A stretch of 64,000 bases of DNA from NCBI GenBank assembly GCA_051362555.1, contig CM120643.1:4836001-4900000 (forward strand), read 5' to 3'. Shown in pieces: positions 41,189-52,400 of this stretch; the first letter of the stretch is position 1, and the number at the start of each line of letters is the position of its first letter. The notes under the pieces are model-generated. The model made no database searches, was not told the origin of the DNA, and saw only the letters and a list, made by a program, of their open reading frames with translations. A program made the translations under genes and the position numbers. This DNA is from Lingula anatina. Lineage: Eukaryota > Animalia > Brachiopoda.

Positions 41189-41355
41189 TAGGCCTGTAGC
41201 CAGCAGTTTCAGAAGGGGGTTCATTTTCTGAAAAAGTGGACCTTTTACCATAAAATCCTCAAGTACATAGGTCAAATTTTACCCAGAGTGGACCTTTTCC
41301 CAGCAAAAAGGGGTGGTTCTTTCGAACCCCCCCGAATCCCCTGGCTACGGGCCTG
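41189..41355. mobile_element. Small hAT-like element; sister copy at 60057-60224
   Basis: TIR (C/T)AGGCC(C/T)GTAGCCAG / CTGGCTACGGGC(C/T)TG. TSD is GCTCT here and CTGACG at the sister copy. Confidence 0.8.
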
Positions 41356-41984
41356 GCTCTTGTCAGTAATTAGTTCCCTTCTCTATTTCTACTAGTCCAT
41401 TTCCTTTGTGTGCATTCCTCTTGTCAAGTTTCCCTAGTTTCATTTGAGATTCTTTTCTGTTTGTCTTTTTAGCAAGTCAACGAGCTTGGATAAGCACTCT
41501 GCCAGCCTGCCATTAATGCTGGTGCTTAATTAATGATGTTGATATAAAAAAAACTCTTTACTTATATGACTTAATTAAATGACTAGACATCTCTTGATCA
41601 AACAGTTTTGAAATATGAAGTGCACTAATTAAACACACCTTTATGATATACATGTATGGGGAGTCCTAATTATAAAGCACTAACAATGGACCTTTTAGTC
41701 AAATAGTATTAACAGCACATGTAATGTTATTGTTGTATTTAGTATATTGATCAATATTTCATGACTGTGAGTGAAAATAAAGATTGATGTTATTAAGGAA
41801 ATTTGTTTTTAGTTGATTTTTTTACTAATTTCTGTTGATATATCTCAAATGATAACAATGACAGTTTTACACGTTTTGAAGCTGAACATGTAGGCAGTTT
41901 GCACCAGTACAGTGTGAAGTATGCCAATATTATTATCAAATTTTACAATGTAATTGTTGCATTACTTGCACATCATTTTACTTA

Positions 41985-43622
41985 TTTTTTATGTATAGAC
42001 ACAGATGTGTCTGTACATACAGCCGGCACCTGCATCTGTCGTCACCGTCACCGTGTGCTTTCAGTGATAACACAATAAATGTTATACCGTTTTAACTTTT
42101 CAGTGGTGGATATAGAGGGAGGGTCAGAGGGGTCCTGAACCCTCCTTCGGTTTCTGAAAAATATATCACACCAATATTCCTCTCTTGAAATTAGAATTTT
42201 GTCTAGCTAAATCATAGTTTTAAACCATACCAAAGGGCACTGTTTGCTCTCTAAGGGCGCATTCCCATATATTTTAGATCGATCTATCCCTGTGGGGAGT
42301 CTCGCTAAATTACTGTCAGATAATCCGGCTTAAATGTCCTTCCCGCCTACTACAAGCTGTAAGGGGGTAATTAACTTTCGTGCACGCTCGGCTGACAGCT
42401 ATTTAGCATGAACCTCCAGGGAGTTAGGTTGATCTAGTTGGATCGATCTAATCTCTGGGAATGGGGTCTTAGACCAGATTTTAGATCAATCTATCCCTAT
42501 GGGGAGTCTCACTAGATTACTGTCAGCTTAGCCGCTTTAAGCGTCTGTCCTGCCTACTTAAAGCTGTAAGGGGGTAATTAACTATGGTGCGCGCTCGGCT
42601 GACTGCAATTTAGCATGATCTAGATGGAGCGATATAAGTCTTTGGGAATGCACTCTAAAACACTCTCCAAAATTTTTATGGGGCCATTGAGCAGGCCCGT
42701 AACCCCATATGAGATGGTGGGCTTGGCATCTGAGGCCTGTCGTTCTGCCCCCCCCTTCAAATAATCCTGGATCTGCCCCTGCTTTTGTCTTCAAACAAAA
42801 CTGATGAATCATAAAATACAGGTCAGATTCAAATCAGCATGATTGGGCCATTTTTTCCAAAAGTTATGCTGTTTTTTTTCAGCATATTTTATCTACCATT
42901 ATATAGATATCATGAAAACCATGTCATATTCTGCTTTAAAACTTGTAGGACTGATACGTAGGACTAATTTACGAATCAAGTTTGAAAATAAGCTTGATTA
43001 GTTCATTTTAGATGAAGCTATGCCTTTTTTTGAATATAAGTTGTTTTTCCTCAGATTCAATTCTTAGGCATGTTAACAGTCTCGTTATTGAACTAATTAG
43101 ATATGTAAAAGTGTTCTTTTGATATTTTCTGCATCTTAACAACATTGTAAGTTGAATATATCAAAATGATGGTATAATTGTACTGTGTAATAAAGAGACA
43201 GAAATGGAAATATTCATATCAGTGCTGTTTGTCAGATTCAATCATTCACTATGTTCAGTATCTTAAAGTGAAACTTAGGACATAGGAAAGAAACAGGACT
43301 AAAATACAGCTTCATTTGGATAACTAGTTTGATTGGTCAATTTTTATGGAAGTTATACAGCTTTTTTTTTTTTTTTTTTGTAAAAATTTTTCACATATTG
43401 GCATATTTAAGGTGTGACTTAGAACTCTTATGGGCATGAAGCCAATGGTAATCAAATTTTCTAATTGTCCTTGTTATTTATAGAAGATAATTAAAATTTG
43501 GTGGTAATTATACCTTTAGTCTTCATGTAATATTGCATCAAAATTGCCAAAAAAAATAAATAAATAAAAAGACACTTTGTACACTACCACCAGAAAATAT
43601 TGTTACTTATTACTTTTTTAAC
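41985..43622 (+). mobile_element. H2 family element (5' part) with nested insertions
   Basis: 5' hairpin atgtatagacacagatgtgtctgtacat at ~41991, followed by H2 modules. Confidence 0.72.
42101..42781. mobile_element. hAT-like element (5-bp TSD CTTTT) containing two Harbinger MITEs; sister copy 62723-62946 (6-bp TSD AATATA)
   Basis: Termini CAGTGGTGGAT ... GGATCTGCCCCTG. Internal 42180-42240 is the reverse complement of ~62861-62920. Confidence 0.78.
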
Positions 43623-43626
43623 TTAA

Positions 43627-44496
43627 AGTCATAATAACTCTTCGTTTTGGCCAAAAATTGGATTTTCCTGGAGTAAGCGGCAATTTTCCTGTACTTACCA
43701 ATGGTCAATGACCCCATTCCTGCATTCAAAGTCAGTCTAGGGTTTTTTTCCTAAAAGTTTGGTTTTTTGTTAAAATCTCTTAAGAGATTTTAACTGATGG
43801 AGCCCTCTGAGATTGCATAGTCACGCGATATCGAGCGAGGTTTTCTTGTGACTTACTTAAAATGGGGGAAAAGCAGACAACAACAACACTATATAACAAT
43901 AATACAAGATTCATACGATATATTCGTCTTATTGCTCAAAATGCATTTATATCTACAATGTGTGCAGTTATGTCTCTTAAGAGATTTTAACTGACGGAGC
44001 CCTCTGAGATTGCATAGTCACGCGATATCGAGCGAGGTTTTCTTGTGACTTACTTAAAACGCAGGAAAAGCAGACAACAACAACACTATATAACAATAAA
44101 ACAAGATTCATACGATGTATTCGTCTTATTGCTCTAAATGCATTTATATCTACAATGTGTGCAGTTATGGGCGTTTCGTTATCCGACGCACTGTACAAAA
44201 ACTCGGTACTTATGTCTGAGGATTGCATCATGCGTCTGCTATCTCTATATGCCGCCATATGTTATTTTGGTCTCGAATAAACGCGAGAATCCACGTGACA
44301 CCTCAACGTCATTGGCAACGGATGCCTTGATGACCGGGAAGAAAGGCATCGAAAGCCCTATTGACAACCAAAGTTTTTAGTCTTACTACAATAACAGTTG
44401 CTTTAGTGGTGAAATGCAATATAATACATTTCCATGCGTTGTTTGCAATGTATTTCTTGCGGAATTTTGAATCTCAAAGGAAGAGTTATTATTGCT
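43627..44496. mobile_element. Non-autonomous Kolobok-type DNA transposon (TTAA TSD) with a ~196-bp internal tandem duplication
   Basis: TTAA-AGTCATAATAACTCTTC ... GAAGAGTTATTATTGCT-TTAA. The empty site aacTTAAaagaat is in the paralogous segment at ~55590. RR..YY termini with TTAA fit Kolobok. Confidence 0.82.
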
Positions 44497-44574
44497 TTAA
44501 AAGAATGACATACAGTTCAAATAAAGAAAACCTGCTCTACTGGATTAGCATTTTTTATTGAATTTATGCAATTT

Positions 44575-44608
<34 letters not shown>

Positions 44609-45684
44609 TATAACATACCTTTCCCTTTACCAATTGTAACATACCTTTCCCAATGTTTAAGCCCATTCAAGTGTCATGTGAATATCACAGTAGTTGATAA
44701 AGAAACCAAGCGTGGGAAATGACCTGTGGTCACAGCACTTCTCTGCATACCAAGTAAATATGGCAGAAGCTGCAAAGGCCCCGAATAGAAAATGCAGACC
44801 TGCTGTACCAACGGTGTCAGAAAAGAAAAAAAAAAAAAAACGTAAGATGCACATTTATCCAAAAGCAGGATATATATTGGTAGGGCTATCTAGCAATGGA
44901 GAGATCTGAAATTGAGCCTGAACATGACTAGGGATGAGGGAATGGCTGTGGCCCTCATGGTTAATGGTAGGTAAGTGCCCAACCGAATACTGTCTAATAC
45001 CATACCCTTGTTTTAGACAGTCCGAAAATATTCCCTTGATTAAAATGCAATAAAATTAACTATTTAATTCTTGTCTTAATAATTTTGTGGATTTGCCTCA
45101 TTAATGATGTTTATGCCCCAGACTTCAGTATGTGAAGTATGTATGACTATTATTAATTTTTAGTAAAATGTTGGCATATGGATTGCTGTAGCAAGGAACA
45201 AATATCGTTCGTGTATATATGGGGAAGTACTATGCTTGCCAGCATAAGAAAATGCCAAAATATACAGACTATCAGCTTACTGTACATAGAAGACAGGGCT
45301 GACATCAGAAAACAATACATGTAGTTGTAGATACAGTACATGTATTTCTGCACAGTGGCTTAATTGTAATATATTAAAATTATTATATAGCCATTATCTG
45401 TAGGTGTTGTCTATGTACATGTTTTAGAATGTTGTACACAGACACACACACACAAAAAATACCACTGTTTCTAATAGTTTCCTTATTTTTTTATTTATTT
45501 ATATTATTTTCTTAATGTATGTCTTTATTCCCGAACGATCCATGACTTGCGTGGTCTGAAAGTTGTTCAAAGTCAATACTTAATTCAACTGGGAAATGTA
45601 ATGGTAATAATAATGATAATGATAATTATATTTTGTATTTAATACAAATTATAAGGATATTGATAATAATTACTATTATCATAC

Positions 45685-47382
45685 GTGTACGCTGGCGGTA
45701 CTCATGGCTTTAGTCCCGACCCGTCTCTTACAGCTCCGCTGGCTCCGCAGGATGGCGTGGGATACAAGTCACCGTTACCACTTCTCCTCCTAGACCGCAA
45801 AGACCTGTGTCCCCATCTCTTGGATTTAGGTCACATATAATCTCAACTTGAACCCCCTGGTTTTTTTGTCTCAGTCGGTGCATTGGCCTGGGCAAACGCA
45901 CCCTTGTCAAAATTTTTGAAAATTCAATGCTAAATATCTCCCAAACTGAAGGAATTATGGGAAAAATTTCTATAAAGAAGCTTGACCAAAAGTCATATGT
46001 GGAGATTCCAAATATGCCCTTGGATTTGACTTTTGACCTTTATTTCAAGGTCAAACAGGCCAAAATTTTCTAAAAATGGGAATTTTCTGCAAAAAAATAT
46101 TTGTTTGTGCCAATTTTCAGAAACTACACAGACCTAAGCTCTCATATCATAGTGAGGGGTTACAATTAGGGACTCCTTTCATCTTTGGGAGTTTGGGGTC
46201 AATCGGGGCATTTTCACGGAAGAAGCAGCCATTAGATGCTGAAACTGAAAAAACTTTATTCTGGAACCATAAATGCTAGAGACGTCTTGTTTGTTGCATT
46301 TTGTAGAGTTTGTCAATGCCAATACTGGCAGTGGTGTCCGTTTTTTTGTTTTCAATACGGTTTAGGAGTTGCGCTATATCAAAAAGTACAACATTGCAAG
46401 ACTTAGGTTTCGTTCACATGGAATGTCTATTTTCTAAAAGTCTATTTTCTATTCGCGGTATCTTATGATCATAGTCTGTGCCCTGAATATCCCGCGGCGT
46501 AATTACTGGCAGCGCGAGCCAGTTACTTAAAGTAACTTATAGTAACTGGCTCCCGCTGCCAGTAATTACGCCGCGGGATATTCAGGGCACATACCGTGAT
46601 CATAAGACATACCGCGAATAGAAAATAGAATTTAGAAAATAGACATTGCATGTGAATGCAGCCTTAGTGGTGAAAATAAGATGTGAAATACTCCAAAATT
46701 AGCAGAGATACATCCATAGTTACTTTTGAACTTGAATAGGAAGCCATATACTGGCTATCTAACTGTGACCTTGAAATTGACCTTTGACCTACTTTTCACC
46801 ATGAACTGAACTTTGCAAATTTTGGTTGTAATATATATATATTATATATAAATATATAGGTTGTAATCATATATCTCGAAAACTGACAAAGATACGCCCA
46901 TAGTTACTGTTGAACTTGAATAAGAACTCACATTTTGGCAATCTTACTGTGATCTTGAATTTGACCTTTGACCTACTTTTTCACCATGACCTGCACTTTG
47001 CATATTTTCTGCCCCTCATATCTTCAAATCTGGTAGAGATATGCCCAGTGTTTCTCCTGGGTTTTCTTTTTATTCAACATATATGTAACACATTTCATTG
47101 AAAACCCATATGTCTACTGTCTTGAAAATCACAGGAGTGATCAATATTACAAATATACAGCTTAATTCAAAAATAAGCTTGATCAGACTATTTTTACAGT
47201 TATGCTGTTTTTTCACTTCTTTTTGCATTTTTTTTTGAGAACTCTTGTTTATTGCATTTTATAGAGCTTGTCAAGCTCAACACTGGTGGTGGTGACCCGA
47301 TTTTTTGGTTTTCCATACGAATGCGCTTACTCCAGCTGGTGGTACTATAACAGGAAGTGGTATCGCCTCTCTGATCCTCTAG
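45685..47382 (+). mobile_element. H1 element in an intron of transposase copy A, with nested Harbinger MITE 46406-46663 (TTA TSD, near-perfect palindrome)
   Basis: Homologous to 22736 onward, with the 3' end ...CTCTGATCCTCTAG at 47382. Absent from the paralogous site at ~58870-58890. Confidence 0.82.
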
Positions 47383-47411
47383 TTTTAGGTTTGAATCATC
47401 TGATGTACCAT

Positions 47412-47708
47412 TCTGGTGCTGTGTTGAATGCTGCCACTCCGTCAACTTCTGGTGCTGTGTTTGATGCTCCCAATCCATCAACCTCTGGTGCTGTGTTGGA
47501 TTCTGCCAACCCATCAACCTCTGGTGTTGTGTTGGATGCTGCCAACCCATCAACCTCTGGTGTTGTGTTGGATGCTGCCAACCCATCAACCTGTGGTGCT
47601 GTATTGGATGCTGCCAACCCATCAACCTGTGGTGCTGTGTTCGATGCTGCCAACCCATCAACCTCTATTGCTGTGTTCGATGCTGCCAACCCATCAACCT
47701 CTGGTGCT
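47412..47708 (+). repeat. 36-bp minisatellite, ~8 copies (GAVLDAANPSTS in one frame)
   Basis: Unit CTGGTG(C/T)TGTGTTGGATGCTGCCAACCCATCAACCT. Only ~2 copies in the paralog at 58950-59023. Confidence 0.92.
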
Positions 47709-49189
47709 TGCCCCAAACTTCTACCCCAGTAAATGTGCTGAAAACTTAGTTGGGGACAGTTTTATTCTGTGGTATATAACAAACACTCATGAGTGGATTG
47801 TGCCTAATGGTGGGGTGAACTGCTGTTTGTCACTGGCAGAAGTGGAGAGGCGAAACCATTGCTCTTATCTTCAAAGTGTGCTCATGTGTTGAGGGACGGC
47901 TTGTGTAGGGCTAGACAAAAAGCTTTTCAAGAATGTGACATACTACCTGAAATTTAGGTGGGCATAATTCAGCTGCTTTGAACAGAGCACTTGTGTCCAT
48001 TGTTAGTAATACAGAAATGAAAGCACTGTATTAGGGCCAGTAAAATAAAGTCCATGTATCCTTAATATTTTACATCATTTATGTGTGCATATTTACACAT
48101 GATTATAAATGGTTTTTACTTCTCCTTAGTTTTCTCATCCTTTAAATGTCTGTATAGATTAATTTAAATGACACATTATCCCAAAAGAACAAAAAGTCAA
48201 TTTTTTAAATCATGATTATCAAATGTCCAATTCATAGTAGTACAGCAGAATTAGAGGCATATCAACAACATATCCTTTGCTTATACTCCTCCTGTGTGAA
48301 GAGAAGTGTGTTCATGCTGTAATCTTTTTGTATCAAGTTTTATAATTAACATAGGTACATGTATGGTATGGTACTTATATTAATATTGCTTTCTGATGTC
48401 ATGAAAATATTAATCGTTCAGTTTGCTTTTACTATTCAAAGATACCACAGAGTCTTCAACAAGAAGAGTTGGTGCTGGACTGTCTGTATTGTCAAAGTTA
48501 GAAAAAACTATAAAGACATTCAAGATATAGTGTCCAAAGCCCTAACCACGAGAATCAGTGGTACAACTGAAATGCCAAAGACCATAGCAGCAGCTGATGA
48601 CCCTTGTACTAAAGGACCTCCACCCACACATTAACTAGTGCAAGGAAAGAAGTCCAGATTTCAAAATTAGTTATCGGTGGGGGGAAGGATGTAACAGTTA
48701 CAACACAAGGCCAGTGATTAGGGGCAATTGACCTCGATTTTCATTCCAGGTGAAATGACCCTAGTCATTTACTCCCTTATGATGGTGACTGACAGTCAGA
48801 AAAATATTGGAGGTAATACCCACATATTTTACAAGCTCTTGATAAAAAGAAAAACAATAATTTGAATAAAAGACCAAAGCTTTAAAACAAGGCTTATAAG
48901 ACAATTTGGAGCAGTATTTTACATGAAATTTAAAGGACTATGCTTTATAAAGGAGGATTTAAAACGCTCCGTTTTCATTCTTGGATTTTCTTTCTTGGAT
49001 TTTTTTTCTTTAAACAGATGGTGTAACATTAATTAGTCTTACATTAACTGTGACTTTGGCAAATTTACCACAATATGATCTTTGAAAATAAAATCTTTTT
49101 CTATTGAATATATGTCTTACTTCTATCTTTAATATACAGTTCTTTTGTCATATTTGTTTAAAAAAAAAACAAAAAAACAGACTGCAAAA

Positions 49190-50620
49190 GGACAGACTGC
49201 AAAATCTTCTGAACAAACTAGAACAGTACTGTCAAAAGTGGAAGTCACACATAAATACAAAGAAACAAAAATAATGGTGTTTAGCAAGAAGGGCAAACTT
49301 GACCATCAAACAAAATTTCACATAAATGATGAACCCATAGAAGAAGTAAAACAATACCCATATTTGGGAATTGTTTTCTCCAACACTGGCTCATTAAAGG
49401 AAGCAATTGAAAATTTGAAGAAAAAGGCACTTAAAGCCCTGTTTTCCCTCAAAGGAGCACTTGCCTCTCAAAACATTTCCAAACCACTTTTGTGCATGAG
49501 CTTATTTGACAAACTCATCAAACCAATTTTGCTTTATGGTTGTGAGGTCTGGTCACAGGAGATACTTAAACAGAATAACATGTCTCTGAAAAAGATTAAT
49601 AAAATGCTGTTCGAACAGGTACACTTAAAGTTTTGCAAATGGATTCTAGGTCTAAGAAAGCAGGCTAGCAATACCATGTCTAGAGCCGAGCTCGGCAGAT
49701 ACCCTATTTTTCTAACTATAGCCAAACTTGTCCAAAGATATAGTCTTAGACTGGAACAACTACCAGATAATAGAATTGTGAAGCAAGTGTACAATCTTGA
49801 GCAAGATACAAAGGGAAACACCTGGACAGAATCCATCCAATCTTTTCACTATTGTTGGAGTTTCTCCGAAGATAGCAACCCACCAAAGAAAATACATCAA
49901 ATAGAAAACCTAGTAGAAAAATTGAACTTAAAAATCAAAAACTCTTTTGGCAGGAATTAAATAGCTGGACCTCAAACAAATTAAGGACATACAAAACAAT
50001 TAAAAAATCTTATGAATGTGAAATTACATCAAAATGAGTGTCTCCTCCTTAGATATCAAAACACTGGCAAAAATTAGACTAAGTGACCACGACTTGGCAA
50101 TAGAAAGGGGTTGATACACAAACCCTAAAACTCCTCTTGATGAGAGAAAATGTATAAAGCTTGCAACTGTGTAGAGGACGAAAAACACTACCTCATATTC
50201 CATGAGGAATACAACACAAGATACACTGTTGAAAGGCAACGAATGCATGATGAGGTATTGAAAATCAGTGTGGTGGGTCTAGATGACAGTGAACAGATAT
50301 TGTCAATTCTCCTTAATCCACCCTGTGAAAAAAGCCTCAAAGTAATAGCAGAATTTATAAAAACTGCTGTTAAAATACATAGTTCACCTACAATTTAGTA
50401 CATCACAGCCACTAATTGTTGATAATGCTGTGAATAGCTTAACTAATTAATCAATCTTATAGCATAACGTGCATTAACTTATGTGTAATTTAAGCATAAT
50501 ATATATGTAAACATATATAAATGTATATCCTTTATATATTGTGCAAATAATGTAGTCTAGTGAGCCTGCAAATGTATTCATACCATTTAGTGCTCAATAA
50601 ACTTATTTTTATTATTATAA
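49190..50620 (+). mobile_element. 5'-truncated non-LTR retrotransposon, RTEX-like (RT C-terminus, frameshifted)
   Basis: ETKIMVF..YPYLG..LFDKLIKPILLYGCEVW..HLKFCKWILG..AELGRYP. Later frames contain AKIRLSDHDLAIE and C..CNCVEDEKH. The 3' end is AATAAA plus a (TTA)-rich tail. Confidence 0.85.
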
Positions 50621-51215
50621 ACTTATTATAATCCAGGAAACACACCTGAAAACAGAAAATACACCATCAATAAAAATATATATTAATAGACACAAATACA
50701 GTAGTTACAACACAGAAATAATATAGTGATCATTATTCTATAATAATAAACACATACAGCAACAATAAAGACATAGACAGTGATCAAAATACATAGAGAC
50801 ACATTCAATGTCACAACAGACAATGCACAGGCATCAGAATGTATATGAAATTTTGTCTATATATATTATATCAAGATTTTTTCCTAAGCGCATCCCCCTC
50901 CCCCATTAACCCTTGTCACTTTGAACATATCAAATACTAATTTGGATCTCAATGACCCATTTACAAATAATAATTTCTCAGGTACAACTTATAGCAGCAA
51001 TGCATGGTCACAATGGGATTGAAGAGAATCACCAGTGCAGCAATATCTTTGTTGCAGTGACCTTTGCTGATCCTAGCTGTGCAGTTGTAGAATGAGATGG
51101 TGAACAAATGAATTCAACTGGCCTCAGTGTGATGAAAATTAATCCAGGAAACACACCTTCATTTCTACTGAAAACAGCTAGATAAGAAATCAACAATAAG
51201 AATATATATATATAT

Positions 51216-52322
51216 TAAAAGTAAAATTGTTCTTCCTGTACGAGTATATATTATATATAATAAAAAGAAAAAAAACACAGCAGCTATTTTGCCCTGAACA
51301 ACAGACACAACACAATATCTCCCTTTTAACTCGTGTCATCCCAGACACATTAAGCACAACATACCATACAATCAATGCACAATTGTCTACAATGAAACCA
51401 CATTAAAACAAAGGCTTAAAGAACTGGAAGGATTCCTATTAAGGAGACAATACCCAAGACAACTGATACAAACTGGGATTAAAAAGGCAAAACAGATACA
51501 GATGAATGACCTGAGGACCACCAAAGACAAAATTAAAAAGGAATTAAGCCATACCGTACATATCAACATATAATCCAAAAAATCTGGAAGTACACAATGT
51601 CATAACTGGAAACTTACCTTTGGTAAAACAAGATGACAAAATGAATGAGATACTAACTGAAATGCAGATTATAAAGAGTAAGAGACAAAGTCCATCACTT
51701 AAGCAAATTTTAACAAAAGCAAAATTTGATAACAATTCCAGGACAAATGTGGAAACCTCAACAATACGAGTACAGAGATGTGAGGTACCCAGGTGCGGCA
51801 CCTGTCCAATAATTAAAGAGGGGAGCCATCTAACATATAAAAATGGACTTACATTTACAATTAAACACCCATTCACCTGCACTAGCTCAAATTTAATTTA
51901 TGTATTAACTTGCAGTGGATGCGGTGAGAACTTTATAGGACAAACTGGAGACACTCTCCGACATAGAATGACCATTCACAGACAACAAATAAGACATTCC
52001 AAATATCAGTGCACGTCTGTGAGTGGGCACATTAGGGAATGCTCTATGAACAAAAACAAGGACTTTACGGTATTCCCATTTTATAAATTCACTAGGGAAA
52101 CAACCCAAACAGAAAGGGAAATGAAAGAAAATCTATTCATTAATAAGTATAAACCTACCTTGAATAGATAACAGCATTGGTTAAAGCAACAATTAAACAC
52201 CCATTGTTACAGACGTCACATTTTAACCTTTATGACATCACCTAGTAACAAATAAACAAAACCCCCTGATGAAAGAATGAAACCGGTCGGGGCAAAATAG
52301 CTGCTGTGTTTTTTTTTCTTTT

Positions 52323-52325
<3 letters not shown>
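51216..52325 (+). mobile_element. 5'-truncated Penelope-like retroelement (RT thumb, Zn-knuckle linker, GIY-YIG endonuclease; Neptune/Naiad-like) in a (TA)n tract
   Basis: From ~51301, TDTTQYLPFNSCHPRHIKHNIPY (thumb). After a frameshift, the ORF to 52171 has CEVPRCGTC and NLIYVLTCSGCGENFIGQTG..LRHRMTIHRQQI..VSGH..E..FI..P.LN. An inverted 3'-end copy lies at 51253-51294. Confidence 0.92.
52262..52292 (+). ncRNA. Minimal type I hammerhead ribozyme in the Penelope-like 3' repeat
   Basis: CCCC-CUGAUGA-aagaau-GAAA-CCG-GUC-GGGG. It has a full catalytic core, a 4-bp stem I, a 1-bp stem II and a palindromic stem III (ACCGGU). Predicted cleavage is after C52288. Confidence 0.85.

Positions 52326-52400
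<75 letters not shown>

Larger units (their letters stand above)
44760..48670 (+). pseudogene. Decayed multi-exon DDE transposase gene (Kolobok-type), copy A
   Basis: Splice-bounded remnants: 44760-44970 (MAEAAK..KSRIYIGRAI*QWRDLK..RDEGMAVAL); micro-exon 45122-45136; 47389-47957 (PSTS repeats fused to ITNTHEW..NCC and LDKKLFKNVTYYLKF); 48238-~48300 (STAELEAYQQHIL..FAYTPPV); 48442-48670 (YHRVFNKKSWCWTV..VKVRKNY..DDP..PPPTH*LVQGKKSRF). Stops and frameshifts occur throughout. Confidence 0.8.

Noticed and set aside
47200-47892. Multiple overlapping repeat-protein ORFs
   Set aside because: They arise from a stop-poor 36-bp minisatellite; only the PSTS frame fits the splice context.
48671-49160. 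Convergent KolX gene expected beside a Kolobok transposase
   Set aside because: Minus-strand reading here and after 61840 showed no recognisable Cys-rich KolX motifs.
51620-52275. Selenoprotein recoding (in-frame UGA plus SECIS), as reported for some Naiad elements
   Set aside because: There is no in-frame TGA in the retained endonuclease ORF. The ATGA..AA..TGA stretch at 52232-52272 does not form a SECIS stem, and its end is the hammerhead core.
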